A DNA stretch of 64,000 nt from an uncultured Methanoregulaceae archaeon. GTDB lineage: Archaea > Halobacteriota > Methanomicrobia > Methanomicrobiales > Methanospirillaceae. The notes beneath the pieces were generated by a model, which did not search any database, was not told the DNA's origin, and saw only the letters and a program-made list of their open reading frames with translations. The position numbers were made by a program, and so were the translations under genes. Location of the stretch: assembly GCA_963701095.1 (NCBI GenBank), contig OY969564.1:512001-576000 (forward strand), given 5' to 3'. Positions 1-11,783 of the stretch are shown here, in pieces. Positions within the stretch are counted from its first letter, which is position 1. Each line of letters starts with the position of its first letter.

Positions 1-713
1 GTCATGGTTTTCTGCCATGAAAAAGGATCACGGATTTCATCGGCATTGAGCCACCGTTTTTGGAGAAGATCATACTCGCCAAGAATATCATCATTATGCA
101 TGACCGTAATCCGAAGACCTGCATCGTCAATAAAAACGGGATGCACTTTTTTGTACTGTTTTTTGATTCCTGCCATTGTAGCTAACCTTACAAAGAAAGA
201 GGAAAGTTGAAAGGAAATTGAACTTGAGGAATGCAGTGAAAAATCGGTTTTTGACATTGCAGCAAGACCATTGAAAACTTCTTCTGCTTTTCCCGGAGGA
301 AGGCGATTTGCTATAGTGGCATGGAACCATTTTTTATCAGCCTGCAGATCCCACGCATTAAGGCTGATAGTCAAGCAGGAAAGTTTCTGGCTGATTAAAG
401 AAGTTAATTTCACAAGTTCCGGGGAGGGCTTGACAGAAAATGCGACTACACCACCGTGAATTCCGTCACGCTGCTCCCATGAACCGATCATAAATGGAAT
501 CGGACCTATACCCGAAGCGCATGAACCAATTATTTGAAGGATATCTTTTGAGTGTACAGGATTATCAAGCGTAAAAGGACCGTACAGGGTAATATGTGGA
601 TGTCTTTCCTGGTGATCTTCAACATTGAATTTTTGTGCAATGGCTTGTATGGTTTCTTTTATCCGCCATCTGGTCCGTGCAAGACGGATCTCGACAAGAT
701 ACGTATCTTCCAT
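1..713 (-). CDS. 2H phosphoesterase (2'-5' RNA ligase-like) domain protein, runs off the left window edge
   Basis: Not in the ORF track. Manual translation from ATG at 713 (MEDTYLVEIRLAR...) is open to position 1 and has two HxT motifs (HPHITLYGP, WFHATIA) about 90 aa apart. Confidence 0.75.
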   Translation of the reverse strand, partial: MEDTYLVEIRLARTRWRIKETIQAIAQKFNVEDHQERHPHITLYGPFTLDNPVHSKDILQIIGSCASGIGPIPFMIGSWEQRDGIHGGVVAFSVKPSPELVKLTSLISQKLSCLTISLNAWDLQADKKWFHATIANRLPPGKAEEVFNGLAAMSKTDFSLHSSSSISFQLSSFFVRLATMAGIKKQYKKVHPVFIDDAGLRITVMHNDDILGEYDLLQKRWLNADEIRDPFSWQKTM

Positions 714-923
714 TTCATTATCTTCCGTAGATATTGGTCTATTAGTGGCAGCGGGTTAAAATGCTGCGTAGGAGATTTAAACGTTCTGGAAAAATCCGTA
801 TTTCTGGTACTAAGTTTGAAAGGAACATTTAAGATCCGAGTGGTTTTTTTAAACCAGCTAAGTAAGTTCTCCATATTGAGTAAAAACTGTAAAAAATAGA
901 CGGTCTATCTCCTTCCAGTTTTC

Positions 924-1691
924 TTAATATTTCTTTTTGACGGCAATATACCAAAGTACAATAGCGACGCAAACTATCACTCCCATCACAATTTCAACGG
1001 CATATTTTACATAGAAGGGTGTTTCCGTCGCTGCCACTTGTTCAGCAAGGTTTATGTTTGCCTGAAGGTTGGGATAATTGGGATCCAAAGTTTCCACGTG
1101 CTGGAACGCAATCAGGCCTTCTGTGCATTTATTCATGCCGCAGAGTGCATATGCTTTGTTAAACCAGGCATCGGCATTATCCGGGTCAACACTGATGGCT
1201 TGACTAAACGCATCCAGCTGCCGGCTGTAGTACAGATTTGCAGCAGCATTTTCGTTAAGTTGTCGCTGATAATAAGAGCCGATATTATAGAGTATCTGCC
1301 CATTGTTTATCCATGCTGCTGCAGAAGATCCATTTAGTGCCAGCGATCGGTTGGACGCATCCAGTGCCGAATTGAGGGTGGCAAGCGGGTCTGCTGTATA
1401 GAAGTTTTCCCGGTTAAGGACATCAGCAATACCATTCCACGCTGCGGCATTTGTGGGATCAAGAGTGAGTGACTGATTATAGGCGAAGAGTGCTCCGGAA
1501 TAATTCCCCATAGCGGTAAGATTCTGCCCCGTCGCAAACCATCCAGCTGCATCAGTTGGATCCGATAGTACCGGAGAAACAGCAAAGGTGCACAAAACAA
1601 ACAGTATCAGCACAAGAACATTAGATCGGGATATCATAACACGAAATATATGAGTTACGATTCCCTCATTAAAATTGCCCTTCCTTTTCAT
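924..1691 (-). CDS. exported TPR protein with C-terminal membrane anchor
   Basis: Signal-peptide-like N-terminus (true start probably the later MISRSN), TPR motifs (AAAWNG, ADAWFNKAYAL), C-terminal TM plus KKKY. Confidence 0.8.
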   Translation of the reverse strand: MKRKGNFNEGIVTHIFRVMISRSNVLVLILFVLCTFAVSPVLSDPTDAAGWFATGQNLTAMGNYSGALFAYNQSLTLDPTNAAAWNGIADVLNRENFYTADPLATLNSALDASNRSLALNGSSAAAWINNGQILYNIGSYYQRQLNENAAANLYYSRQLDAFSQAISVDPDNADAWFNKAYALCGMNKCTEGLIAFQHVETLDPNYPNLQANINLAEQVAATETPFYVKYAVEIVMGVIVCVAIVLWYIAVKKKY

Positions 1692-2656
1692 TTTTTAAGT
1701 ACGAGGATATGACGTGTGAGACTTTTGTGGACCCGCTGGGTGTGGTGCTGAATGATGGTCATATGTTGTGTTGCAATTCCTGAAATGTCTTTATGGGTTA
1801 CAACAGTTGCACGGCAATCTGGCTTCAGTATGCGCTTAATTTCATCGAGCGCATCATGATACAAGCGTTCCATGGTATCCGTTTTTTTAATGCAAACTGA
1901 CTGGCCATAAGGAAAATCCGTCACGACCGCATCTACCGACCGATCCTGTAAGGGAAGCGCTGTGGTATCGGCAAGAAGAAGGGAGTCTGTTTGCACATTT
2001 TCCTTGCAGCCCCGGATCATAAGGGGATCAAAATCACTTCCCACCGCACAGATCCCCAGCATTTCAGCTTCGATAAGAATCCCACCCGTACCGCAGAATG
2101 GATCGAGGAGAACTGCCCCAGAACGACAAAGTGAGAGGTTGACAAGTGTCCGGGCCATACGGGGCATCATGACCCCGGGATGGAAAAAATCCCTTTTTCC
2201 CGGGTTACGACTGTCATATCCCCCCCTATCGATCCGGAACAAAACTTTTCCGAAATAACACCGGTCTCCGGAAATGATAGCACGGTATTCCTCATCCGGT
2301 TTGATAAGCTGTACAGGTCCTGAAATCATTGTGCCGATCATGCATTCAAATTCCCGCTGGGAACAGGTGTTTTTCTCCTGACAACTTTCATGAACAAGCT
2401 TGGCTCTCCCGGCAAACAGTTTATTGGTTGTAAGAGAAAGATCGGAGAGGAGACGCCGGAATGAGCCGATATCCGGGTTACACTCGCCAAGGTACTCGAG
2501 TACGACATGAGTCATTGCCAGACGTTTGGCCTCTTCTGGTTTGGGGCATTCGGCAACAGCGACCTGAGGACGTGTATCGAGAACTAATGCTACGCAGGCG
2601 ATCTCAGCTACCGGGAGCGTCGGATTTTCTCCAGACAGCTCAAAAAGAAGCTTCAT
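1688..2656 (-). CDS. trmG10: tRNA (guanine-10-N2)-dimethyltransferase, Trm11/TrmG10 family
   Basis: MKLLFELSGE start, FFHPGVMMPRMAR, LDPFCGTGG SAM motif, TDFPYG, RVHKSLTRHI. Confidence 0.85.
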   Translation of the reverse strand: MKLLFELSGENPTLPVAEIACVALVLDTRPQVAVAECPKPEEAKRLAMTHVVLEYLGECNPDIGSFRRLLSDLSLTTNKLFAGRAKLVHESCQEKNTCSQREFECMIGTMISGPVQLIKPDEEYRAIISGDRCYFGKVLFRIDRGGYDSRNPGKRDFFHPGVMMPRMARTLVNLSLCRSGAVLLDPFCGTGGILIEAEMLGICAVGSDFDPLMIRGCKENVQTDSLLLADTTALPLQDRSVDAVVTDFPYGQSVCIKKTDTMERLYHDALDEIKRILKPDCRATVVTHKDISGIATQHMTIIQHHTQRVHKSLTRHILVLKK

Positions 2657-2731
2657 CTTGCGAAATATAGATCGTTTGGGCACAAATACCTGTGCGAAAC
2701 GCCAAAAGACAGGAGTACCTGTTTTAAAAAA

Positions 2732-5365
2732 TTAGTTTATTGTAAGACCCTGTTCGATGGCATCGTTGGATACATTGAATGTAGTTGCGGTTCCTTCAAT
2801 TTGGTAGGGACCTGTTGCCGTTACACCGGAATTACTTCCGATTGTAGCATAGGGTACGATAAATTCACCATTTACACTCTCTTGACGGTAGGTAAAGTTC
2901 CTGCCAGTGTTCGTCGTCAGCGGAACCTCAATAATACCCGATCCTTTGATATGAGCGCCTTTCACATATTCGAAGATTTTAACATAGCGAATATCGGTTG
3001 TATTGGAGCTGTATGCGGTAGTAGGGGATTCATGAATTAGACGGTAGTGCTGAAGTGCCGGTAAATCTGTCGTTGGAGATGAGAACTGAATGTTGAGCGC
3101 GGCTGCATGGTAACCCGGCTGAGCCTGCTGGTTGTATTGTTCAGCAGAGGTTATGGCGTCTGAAGCGTTCATTTCTTTTACGTTCACTATCTCGGGAAGG
3201 GATGTCTGGGTAACCGAAGGATCTGAATATTCAACATAATATGCCGAACCGGCTGGTACCATTGAACCATCATAGTTGTGGAGCCGGGAGATCATGGTGG
3301 AATAATAGGACGGTTCGTTGAGCGTTACTGATTGGTATTCGTTTGGATTTGATGTAGATGGCGCTAGAAGGTTCAACTGAAAGGTGTCAGGAGTTGCATT
3401 GGGATTTAACAGGCTGTACCACGTAGACATTGCGTAAAACTTCCCGGTATCCATTTCGACATCGGTTACCACATACTTCGTTCCATCGTCATCGAGGATC
3501 TTATTTGCTGTGTCTTCCGAAGCTGCCATGAAATATGCTGCTGATCCGTCTGAACCGGTAACTCCTGCCTGGAACGGGTTTGCATTGGGGATCCTGTGGG
3601 CAATGTAAGTGATCATATGTCCATAGTCCCACCACGACATTACGCCGTAGGAAGTATTCGGATATTTAAATATGTCTTTGTTGTAGATCGTGTAATAATT
3701 CACACCGGGATCCGGCGTATTATTTCCCATCCATAAAAGCGATTCCTTCCAATCCGGGTTAATGCCACCTGTATCGCTGGATGCAACTTCATAGTTTTGC
3801 ATAACTGAAGTAATAACGAAAAGGAATGAAAGAATTATAGCAGCAAATAAAATAATCATGGCTGGAACGTCATCATGAACATGTTTCTCTTTCTTTGCTT
3901 TCGCAGCTTTACTCCGTGTCTTTTTTGATTTTTCTCGTTTTTCAGGCTCATTAATTGATTCTTCCTGATTTTCTCCAGCTGATACTCGACCAAATAAATC
4001 TCGGAACCTGCGGAGCAGGTGTTGTCCCCCATAGTCCCATGCATTACTAAGACATAGGGCTGACAAGAGGGCAATATTGACCGCAAAATAGTACTCATAC
4101 TTGATCCGTTGCACCGTACAAATCAACATGGCACAAGACCAGATAAGAAGAAATACTTCGCCCTGGTCCTCTTTTTTAAACGTCTCCCAGATGAGGAGGA
4201 GCATTCCACCGGCAGCGAGGATTAAGCCATAATTGAAAGTAGACCATGCCCGGACCAGAGTCCAGGGCATATCTTCCTCAACGGTTGATATGATCGGTGC
4301 CTGACCAAAAAACCCTATAAGACCATTGGTAAACTCTGAAAACAATGCTGGGAACAGGAGAGCTAGAATCACCGAGAAAAAGCAGGCTATCCCTGCAAGT
4401 GAAGCAATGTAGTAGTATTTGCTCTTACCTTTGAGGTAGTCTGACCAGAGGTAGAGAAAGATGCTTGCCACAACGAGGAGGGCATATGCAAGAATTGGGC
4501 CTAATGTATAACGGGAGAGATCCAGACCAGTGTCTTTAAATCCGAACAATAAGAGGCAGATTATAACGACCCCGAAAACAACGGTATTGACAAATGCGAG
4601 ATACTGGTTTGAGAGAGATCGGTGATGATTGACTACAGCCTGGACAAAGGTGAAAACTGCAGTAATGAGTGCAAACACTATCATTGTCTCAATGTTTATA
4701 AGACCTGCAAAGAATGCGAGACCGGAAAGAACGGAAAATAAAAGCACTTTTCGGTATGTCGAGAAATCGGTGATTTCGATTTTTATCTTTTTTGCTTTCA
4801 TCAAAGTATAGAGATAAAGAAGACAGAAAAGCGCACTGAACAGGGTTTCGCCGATATGATGGTATAAGGATCCATATAATGATCGGAAAAAAAACTGCCC
4901 GGATACCATAGCTATCATTAAAGCAGCAAAAAGTCCGGTCTTCCAGTCCGCAACGGTCTTACCTAGCCAATACATGACAAAAACCATAGCTATTGCTTCA
5001 AGAACGGGGATGAAAAGTGAAACAGTAATAATCTCGGCCGGTGTTGTCGCATGGACAATAATTGCCGCAATTGAACAGAGATATGTCAGCATTGGTCCCC
5101 AGTATACTGTTGTACCAACCGGGTACTGGCTCATGGGATCAAACCATGCATAACTGGGGAAATTTGCGAGGGTTAGGTCAATCTGACGTAGAGCATAGAG
5201 AGGGTCATCTGGCTGCACGAGATTAAACACATCGCCATTCCCGAGATTGAGCAGGGGAATGATCCTGATCCAGAACATAAATAAGGCAAAAATTGCCAGA
5301 AGTGCCAGGATAATATATGACCGGTGTTTAGGGTTGTCGAATAATGCCAACAAATTCACCACCAA
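2732..5365 (-). CDS. aglB: oligosaccharyltransferase AglB (STT3 family)
   Basis: Multi-TM N-terminal half, DDPLY, WWDYGH motif, NPFQAG. Confidence 0.95.
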   Translation of the reverse strand: MVVNLLALFDNPKHRSYIILALLAIFALFMFWIRIIPLLNLGNGDVFNLVQPDDPLYALRQIDLTLANFPSYAWFDPMSQYPVGTTVYWGPMLTYLCSIAAIIVHATTPAEIITVSLFIPVLEAIAMVFVMYWLGKTVADWKTGLFAALMIAMVSGQFFFRSLYGSLYHHIGETLFSALFCLLYLYTLMKAKKIKIEITDFSTYRKVLLFSVLSGLAFFAGLINIETMIVFALITAVFTFVQAVVNHHRSLSNQYLAFVNTVVFGVVIICLLLFGFKDTGLDLSRYTLGPILAYALLVVASIFLYLWSDYLKGKSKYYYIASLAGIACFFSVILALLFPALFSEFTNGLIGFFGQAPIISTVEEDMPWTLVRAWSTFNYGLILAAGGMLLLIWETFKKEDQGEVFLLIWSCAMLICTVQRIKYEYYFAVNIALLSALCLSNAWDYGGQHLLRRFRDLFGRVSAGENQEESINEPEKREKSKKTRSKAAKAKKEKHVHDDVPAMIILFAAIILSFLFVITSVMQNYEVASSDTGGINPDWKESLLWMGNNTPDPGVNYYTIYNKDIFKYPNTSYGVMSWWDYGHMITYIAHRIPNANPFQAGVTGSDGSAAYFMAASEDTANKILDDDGTKYVVTDVEMDTGKFYAMSTWYSLLNPNATPDTFQLNLLAPSTSNPNEYQSVTLNEPSYYSTMISRLHNYDGSMVPAGSAYYVEYSDPSVTQTSLPEIVNVKEMNASDAITSAEQYNQQAQPGYHAAALNIQFSSPTTDLPALQHYRLIHESPTTAYSSNTTDIRYVKIFEYVKGAHIKGSGIIEVPLTTNTGRNFTYRQESVNGEFIVPYATIGSNSGVTATGPYQIEGTATTFNVSNDAIEQGLTIN

Positions 5366-5494
5366 GAATACTAAAAACTCTTAATTTGTTGATGGATAAG
5401 GTTGTTTATAGGTAACTTCTGTATGTCCACTTAATTCCTTCCGTAAGAGAAATGTAAATGTGCTAAAAAATGTGATTATAGTTAGGAAAAATAG

Positions 5495-6619
5495 TTACTT
5501 CTTTCCTTTTTTCTTTCCCATTATGCCAGAAAAGATCCCACCCGTTTTACTATCATGGCCTTCAAGCTCTGCAAGTTTCTGGTAGATCTCTTTTGCTTCT
5601 CCGGACACTCCTTTTGGAGTGATAATTTTTACCCGTACAAGAAGATCGCCATGTTTCCCGCGTCTTTTTACTCCTTCCCCGGCTATCCGGAGTGCCGTAT
5701 TATACTGAATGCCAGCCGGGACTTTCAGATCAATGTGGCGTTTGTCTATCGTTTCGATCTCAACAGTTGTTCCAAGTACGGCCATAGCCGGGGTTATCTC
5801 AATTACGGTCTCAAGATTGTCTCCGAGACGTTCAAAGCGTGCATGCGGAAGCACATACATCTCGATGAAAAGATCACCGTTTGGTGCACCGTAATCACCG
5901 GCCTCACCATATCCCTCCATTCTCAGGCGCATCCCACTGTCTACACCAGCAGGTATATGGACCGTCACTTTCCGTTTAGCCCGCGTGTGCCCGCTGCCAT
6001 GGCACTCACGGCATTGCCGCTCCGGGATCTTTCCCCTGCCCCCGCACATTGTACACGGTGTCATACGAACAAACTGGCCAAAAACGGACTGCTGGGTCTG
6101 CCGCATCTGTCCGCTCCCGCCACAACGGGGACAGATATTAGTCTTCTTTGTTTCGCTTCCCGATCCAGCACATGCTGGGCAGGTTTCACTGTGCAGGACA
6201 TCGATCTCCTTGTCTGTTCCAGATACTGCTTCTTCAAGCGTTATTTGCATGCGCATGAGGAGATCGGCGCCGGGTTGTGGACCTGCCCTTCGCTGGCTTC
6301 CGCCAAAAAAATCGAAAATATCACCAAAACCCGAAAAATCCGATGAGAACCCGCCGCTGTACCCACCCGCGCCGGTATAGGATCCTTTCGAGGCATTAGT
6401 AAACGTTTCATGGCCCATGTTGTCATACTGCGCCCTTTTCTGGGCATCTGAAAGAACGCTGTATGCTTCGTTTATGGATTTGAATTTCTCTTCTGCTCCA
6501 GGATCTTTGCAAACATCCGGGTGAAATTTCCGGGCGAGATTGCGGTAGGCTTTCTGAATCTCCTTTTCGTCGGCCGTCCTCGGTACTCCGAGGGTGTCAT
6601 AGTAATCGCCCGAAGCCAT
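5495..6619 (-). CDS. dnaJ: chaperone DnaJ
   Basis: J domain with HPD, G/F-rich region, four CxxCxGxG repeats. Confidence 0.98.
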   Translation of the reverse strand: MASGDYYDTLGVPRTADEKEIQKAYRNLARKFHPDVCKDPGAEEKFKSINEAYSVLSDAQKRAQYDNMGHETFTNASKGSYTGAGGYSGGFSSDFSGFGDIFDFFGGSQRRAGPQPGADLLMRMQITLEEAVSGTDKEIDVLHSETCPACAGSGSETKKTNICPRCGGSGQMRQTQQSVFGQFVRMTPCTMCGGRGKIPERQCRECHGSGHTRAKRKVTVHIPAGVDSGMRLRMEGYGEAGDYGAPNGDLFIEMYVLPHARFERLGDNLETVIEITPAMAVLGTTVEIETIDKRHIDLKVPAGIQYNTALRIAGEGVKRRGKHGDLLVRVKIITPKGVSGEAKEIYQKLAELEGHDSKTGGIFSGIMGKKKGKK

Positions 6620-6625
6620 AAATGT

Positions 6626-8497
6626 TCACTCGTCTTTGACTTTGTAATCAGCATTGACTACATTATCATCTGATTTCTTTTCAGGCTCTTCAGTTGACGG
6701 GCCGGAACTGTCTCCAGGTTGAGCTCCCTGCTGGTGTGCAGTCTGTTCAGCCTGCATTTTCTGATAAATTTTCGTAGTCGCCGCGTAAACAGCCTCAGTA
6801 AGTGTTTCCATGGCCTTTTTGATTCCGTCAATATCTTCCCCGGAAAGGGCAGATTTTACCGCAGTAGCGCCTTCTTCTATTTTCTGTTTGTCTGCGGCAT
6901 CGATCTTATCGCCGCTTTCTTTGAGCATCTTTTCAGCGGTAAAGACTGCAGTATCAGCCTGGTTACGGATCTCAATTTCTTCTTTCTTTTTCTTGTCTTC
7001 TGCTTCGAACTGCTTTGCAGCGTTCATCATTTTTTTGATATCTTCCTCAGAGAGTTTCTTGTCTCCTTTGATAGAGATCGCCTGTTCGTTTCCTGACCCG
7101 AGATCCTTTGCTGATACATGAATAATACCATTCGAATCAATATCAAAGGCGACTTCGATCTGAGGGATACCACGGGGTGCTGGAGGGATACCGGTGAGCT
7201 GGAACTTGCCTAATGTAAAGTTATCTTTTGCAAGGGCACGTTCGCCCTGAACAACGTGGATTTCAACGCTGGTCTGTCCGTCCGCCGCTGTCGAGAATAT
7301 CTGGCTTTTACGGGTAGGAATGGTCGTGTTTCGCTCGATGAGTTTTGTCGCAATGCCACCGAGGGTTTCAATACCGAGTGTGAGAGGGGTCACATCAAGA
7401 AGGACTATGTCTTTTGTCTCGCCGGTCAGCACAGCTCCCTGGATACCTGCCCCAAGAGCCACACATTCATCCGGATTTATGCCTTTATCCGGCTCTTTAC
7501 CGAGTAGTTTTTTAACGGTTTCCTGCACAAGGGGAATACGGGTAGATCCTCCGACAAGAAGAACATGATCAATATCGTTTGCACTCATTTTTGCATCACT
7601 AAGTGCCTGATTCACCGGTCCAACGGTGGATCCTACAAGATCACCAATAAGTTGTTCGAGTTTCGAACGGGAAAGATCGATATTAAGGAATTTAGGGCCG
7701 GAAGCATCAGTTGTGATATAGGGCAAGTTGATATTTGTGGTCTGGCGCTGAGAGAGCTCGATCTTTGCATTCTCTGATGCGTCGCGAAGACGTTGCATGG
7801 CATAAATATCATTTTTAAGATCGATGCCTTCTTTCTTTTTGAACTCGTCAACGAGATAATCGGTGATAAGCTTATCAAAATCGTCGCCCCCGAGGTGATT
7901 ATTACCTGCAGTAGATTTAACTTCGAATACACCGTCACCAAGTGTAAGAATTGAGACATCAAACGTACCGCCCCCAAGATCGTACACCAGCACTGTCACG
8001 TCTTGTTCCTTGTCAATACCATAGGCAAGGGCGCTAGCCGTAGGCTCGTTGATAATGCGCATGACTTCGAGGCCGGCGATCTGTCCCGCATCCTTTGTGG
8101 CCTGCCGCTGTGCATCGTTAAAGTATGCCGGTACAGTAATGACTGCTTTTGAAATCTTCTCGCCCAGATAGGCCTCAGCGTCAACTTTCAGCTTCTGAAG
8201 GATCATCGCGGAAATTTCCTGCGGGGTATATTCTTTGTCGCCAATTTTTACTTTCTCGGAGGATCCCATCTTTCGCTTTATTGACTGGATTGTGCGCTGG
8301 GGGTTGGTTACTGACTGCCGTTTTGCAAGGCTGCCTACCAACCGTTCTCCGTCTTTGGTGAATGCAACCACAGAGGGTGTTGTTCGAGCTCCTTCACTGT
8401 TGGGAATAACGATAGGTTTACCTGCTTCCATAATTGACATGCAGGAAAAGGTGGTTCCCAGATCTATACCCAGAATTTTTTCATTTGCCATAAGCAT
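6626..8497 (-). CDS. dnaK: chaperone DnaK (Hsp70)
   Basis: [23 protein letters not shown] motifs. Confidence 0.99.
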   Translation of the reverse strand: MLMANEKILGIDLGTTFSCMSIMEAGKPIVIPNSEGARTTPSVVAFTKDGERLVGSLAKRQSVTNPQRTIQSIKRKMGSSEKVKIGDKEYTPQEISAMILQKLKVDAEAYLGEKISKAVITVPAYFNDAQRQATKDAGQIAGLEVMRIINEPTASALAYGIDKEQDVTVLVYDLGGGTFDVSILTLGDGVFEVKSTAGNNHLGGDDFDKLITDYLVDEFKKKEGIDLKNDIYAMQRLRDASENAKIELSQRQTTNINLPYITTDASGPKFLNIDLSRSKLEQLIGDLVGSTVGPVNQALSDAKMSANDIDHVLLVGGSTRIPLVQETVKKLLGKEPDKGINPDECVALGAGIQGAVLTGETKDIVLLDVTPLTLGIETLGGIATKLIERNTTIPTRKSQIFSTAADGQTSVEIHVVQGERALAKDNFTLGKFQLTGIPPAPRGIPQIEVAFDIDSNGIIHVSAKDLGSGNEQAISIKGDKKLSEEDIKKMMNAAKQFEAEDKKKKEEIEIRNQADTAVFTAEKMLKESGDKIDAADKQKIEEGATAVKSALSGEDIDGIKKAMETLTEAVYAATTKIYQKMQAEQTAHQQGAQPGDSSGPSTEEPEKKSDDNVVNADYKVKDE

Positions 8498-8531
8498 CAG
8501 TTCTCCATTATTTACGGCTCTTTTTTATTAT

Positions 8532-9098
8532 TTATGCGTCCATTTCGATGTTCGATCTGCTTCCACTGGATACTGCAACCTTTGCGTACCGGATTACTTT
8601 GTTATGCATCCGGTAACCAGGGGATACTACATCAACTACCGTGCCTTCATTATCGCCAGAAACTATATGTGCAACCGCTTCGTGTTCACTGGGATCAAAT
8701 GATTTTTTTAGTGCATCTATGGGCGTAATACCGTGTCGTGAGAGAATCCCGGCCATAAGCTGGCGGATCTGCTCCACTCCGGTACGAAGATGATTATTGT
8801 CAGCCTTAAGGGCCCTGTCCAGATTGTCCACAATTTCCAGGATGTCAACTGCAAACTTTTCGTTCGCGTGCTGCATCATAGATTCGTTGTCCCGAGTAGT
8901 TCGCTTCCGGTAATTGTCGAAATCCGCAGCAAGCCTGAGATACCGATCGTTTAAATCCTCACACTGTTTTTTCAGATCTGCGAGTTGATCATCAATCTCT
9001 GATTGTGGGTTTTCCGGATTCTTCAGAGTTCCTGTAGTTTCGTCACGCACGGGAGTTATATCGTGGTCATCCATAGTTCGTCCCATTCGATGTTCCAA
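8532..9098 (-). CDS. grpE: nucleotide exchange factor GrpE
   Basis: RLAADFDNYRKR, FDPSEHEAV, GY...VIRYAKVAVS; first gene of grpE-dnaK-dnaJ; start may be a later Met. Confidence 0.95.
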   Translation of the reverse strand: MEHRMGRTMDDHDITPVRDETTGTLKNPENPQSEIDDQLADLKKQCEDLNDRYLRLAADFDNYRKRTTRDNESMMQHANEKFAVDILEIVDNLDRALKADNNHLRTGVEQIRQLMAGILSRHGITPIDALKKSFDPSEHEAVAHIVSGDNEGTVVDVVSPGYRMHNKVIRYAKVAVSSGSRSNIEMDA

Positions 9099-9339
9099 TA
9101 TTTAATGAATTGTGGTTCTATATATTACTTATGTAAAAATTACCGACTGTATCTGCCATAATTAATAGTATTTGTTAGAACGAAACGAATTGGATGGTTA
9201 GTCTCTCAATCCGGCCGGTATTTTGAATGAAAAAAAACAGACGCATGATACAATCGTGAACGGCAAAAAATCTACCCTGCACATGAGGAATTTTCAAATA
9301 GCATACCTTTTTTGACCACGATCTGCATATAAATAAACT

Positions 9340-10825
9340 ATGAAATGGGCGCTTCTTTCAGTGTGGGATAAATCCGGGATCGTAGAGCTGGCGCATACGT
9401 TGTCCGAAAACAAATATAATATTCTCAGTTCTGGAGGAACAGGTAAAACCCTAGGTGAAGCAGGGATTCCTTTTACCGAAGTATCGAACTATACAGGTTT
9501 TCCCGAAATGATGGACGGAAGGGTCAAAACGCTGCATCCTAAGGTTCATGGTGGTCTTCTGGGGCGCCGTCATATAGACGATGCCATCATGGCCAAATAT
9601 GGAATTAACAGGATTGATCTTCTTGTTGTGAACCTATACCCCTTCGAGCGTATGTCCGCAGCATCAATGCCACTTGAAAAGTTAATCGAATATATCGACG
9701 TAGGAGGACCGGGCAATGATCCGTGCGGGAGCAAAAAATTTCAAGGATGTCGCTGTAATCGTAGATCCGGCTGATTATCCATCCGTTATAAAAACGATCT
9801 GTGGGGACGGTTTTTCCCCGGAACAGCGACTGGTGCTTGCAAAAAAAGCATTTGCCCGGACTGCAGCCTATGATGCTGCTATCAGTAATCATCTCTCAAA
9901 CTTGGATGTGACTTTTCCACCCACGCTGTCCCTCCAGTTTACCAATGGACGGATGCTCCGTTACGGTGAGAATCCTCATCAACAGGCAGCCGTATATGGA
10001 ACGGCCGGTATTGCAGCAGCTGAACCCCTTCAGGGCAAACAAATGTCCTATAATAACTATCTGGATGTAAATGCCGGTACAGCACTTTTAGCAGAATTCG
10101 ATGAACCTGCTGCCGTATTAGTCAAGCACAATAATCCCTGTGGCGTCTCCACGGGAACTGATATTCTCGATGCATACTTGACAGCCCGTGAGGTCGATCC
10201 TGAATCTGCCTATGGATCTGTTGTTTCCCTCAATCGCGAAGTCGATAAAAAGTGTGCAGATGCGATTAATTCAACCTTTGTCGAGGTTGTCATCGCGCCA
10301 TCGTTTACGAAAGACGCTTTTGATGTAATGAAAAAGAAAGAGAATATGCGGGTTCTCCTTCTTCCGGAACGTATTAATACAGACGAAGTGCGTGCTATCG
10401 ATGGTGGCATTCTCATACAGCGAACACCACCTTACCAGGAAAACTGGAACGTAATAACGAACCGCGACCCTACTACTGATGAGATGCAGGCACTTCGCAT
10501 TGCATGGAAAGTCTGCAAACACACCAAGAGCAACTCGATTATATTTGCTGACCAAAAACGAACTCTTGGTATTGGTGCAGGGCAGATGAGCAGAGTCGAT
10601 TCAGCACGGATTGCAATTGAAAAAGCTCGTGTCTCTCTTGCAGGGTCTGCCGTAGCTTCAGACGCATTCCTTCCCTTCCCGGACACCCTGGAGATCGCAG
10701 CAAAATCAGGTGCCACCGCACTCGTGCAGCCTGGAGGATCTATCCGTGACAAGGAAGTCATTGATATTGCCAACCAACTGAATATTGCCATGGTATTTAC
10801 CGGAGTCAGATATTTTAGACACTGA
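9340..10825 (+). CDS. purH: bifunctional AICAR transformylase/IMP cyclohydrolase, one frameshift at ~9711
   Basis: [16 protein letters not shown] and IDVGGP in frame 1 continue as [29 protein letters not shown] in the next frame; one extra G in CCGGG. Confidence 0.93.
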
Positions 10826-10963
10826 TGAATTTCTGGTATTTTTCGTTTTTAAGGAAAATAATGAGATAAATATTTATTCTGCGAAGTTATTATAACCTAT
10901 ATATATCGTTTGTGGCTTTTTATAGTCATAGATGGTTCTGTAGAAATCTTTGGGGTGAATTAA

Positions 10964-11647
10964 ATGGATTATGGAACTCTGATCGGGAACTCCTTTACCT
11001 ACGTAAAGGAAGGTGTAATTGACAAAGTGAACAAATGGCTGCTCCTGATTATTGCCACACTTATCTTTTGTATCCCCCTGATGGGATACGTCATGAGAAT
11101 TTACCGGGGAACAACTCCAGCTCCTGAAGTGGAGAACTGGGGCAAGCTCATTGTTGATGGTATACTTCTCCTTATTGTCGGCATAATTTATGCAATACCG
11201 GTTATTATCCTCGAATTTCTCACAATAGGTGTGGCTGTTGCAACCATAAAAAACAGCCCTGCCGGTATGATGACCGCTATGGCAGGTGCCGGCATTCTTG
11301 GGATAATTCTGGTCATTGTCGCCATTATTATATGGATTATCTCACCAATCGGCATTATCCGGTTTGCACGAACAGGAAAATTTGGCGATGCGTTTAATTT
11401 TAACGAGATTCTTGCGACAATAAAGAAGATCGGATGGTTGTCCTATATTCTGGCCCTGATCATCGTTGCTATAGTTGTCGGGATACCATCCCTTATTCTC
11501 TGGGCCATCTGTGCAGCGCTCATAATTGCATTACCTCTAGTGGGATTAGTCGTAGCATGTATCATTTTCCTTATTGTTGTACCAATCCTTGCCATTTTTG
11601 AGGCCCGGTACTTGACCCAAGTTTACGAAAGTGCCGGGATCATATAA
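10964..11647 (+). CDS. DUF4013-like integral membrane protein
   Basis: Four to five hydrophobic segments, GYVMRIYRG..PAPE..WGKL, RFARTGKFGDAFNF. Confidence 0.75.
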   Translation: MDYGTLIGNSFTYVKEGVIDKVNKWLLLIIATLIFCIPLMGYVMRIYRGTTPAPEVENWGKLIVDGILLLIVGIIYAIPVIILEFLTIGVAVATIKNSPAGMMTAMAGAGILGIILVIVAIIIWIISPIGIIRFARTGKFGDAFNFNEILATIKKIGWLSYILALIIVAIVVGIPSLILWAICAALIIALPLVGLVVACIIFLIVVPILAIFEARYLTQVYESAGII

Positions 11648-11783
11648 TTTTTTTTATTTTTAGTTAAATCGGGTTTCTTTTTCGAATTGGTTGTATCTTA
11701 ATATCTTTACAGTCCAGATATTTTTTTCATTATTGAAAGTCTGTCAAAAATAGGGAGAAAATTTACTTCTTATCTCATAAAGT

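Noticed and set aside
5555..8702. Long antisense ORFs over dnaJ/dnaK (and similar ones over the M42 and TPR genes)
   Set aside because: Shadow frames of conserved genes with no recognisable motifs
9099..9339. CIRCE/HrcA-type heat-shock operator upstream of grpE
   Set aside because: No TTAGCACTC-N9-GAGTGCTAA match seen; only AT-rich promoter-like sequence
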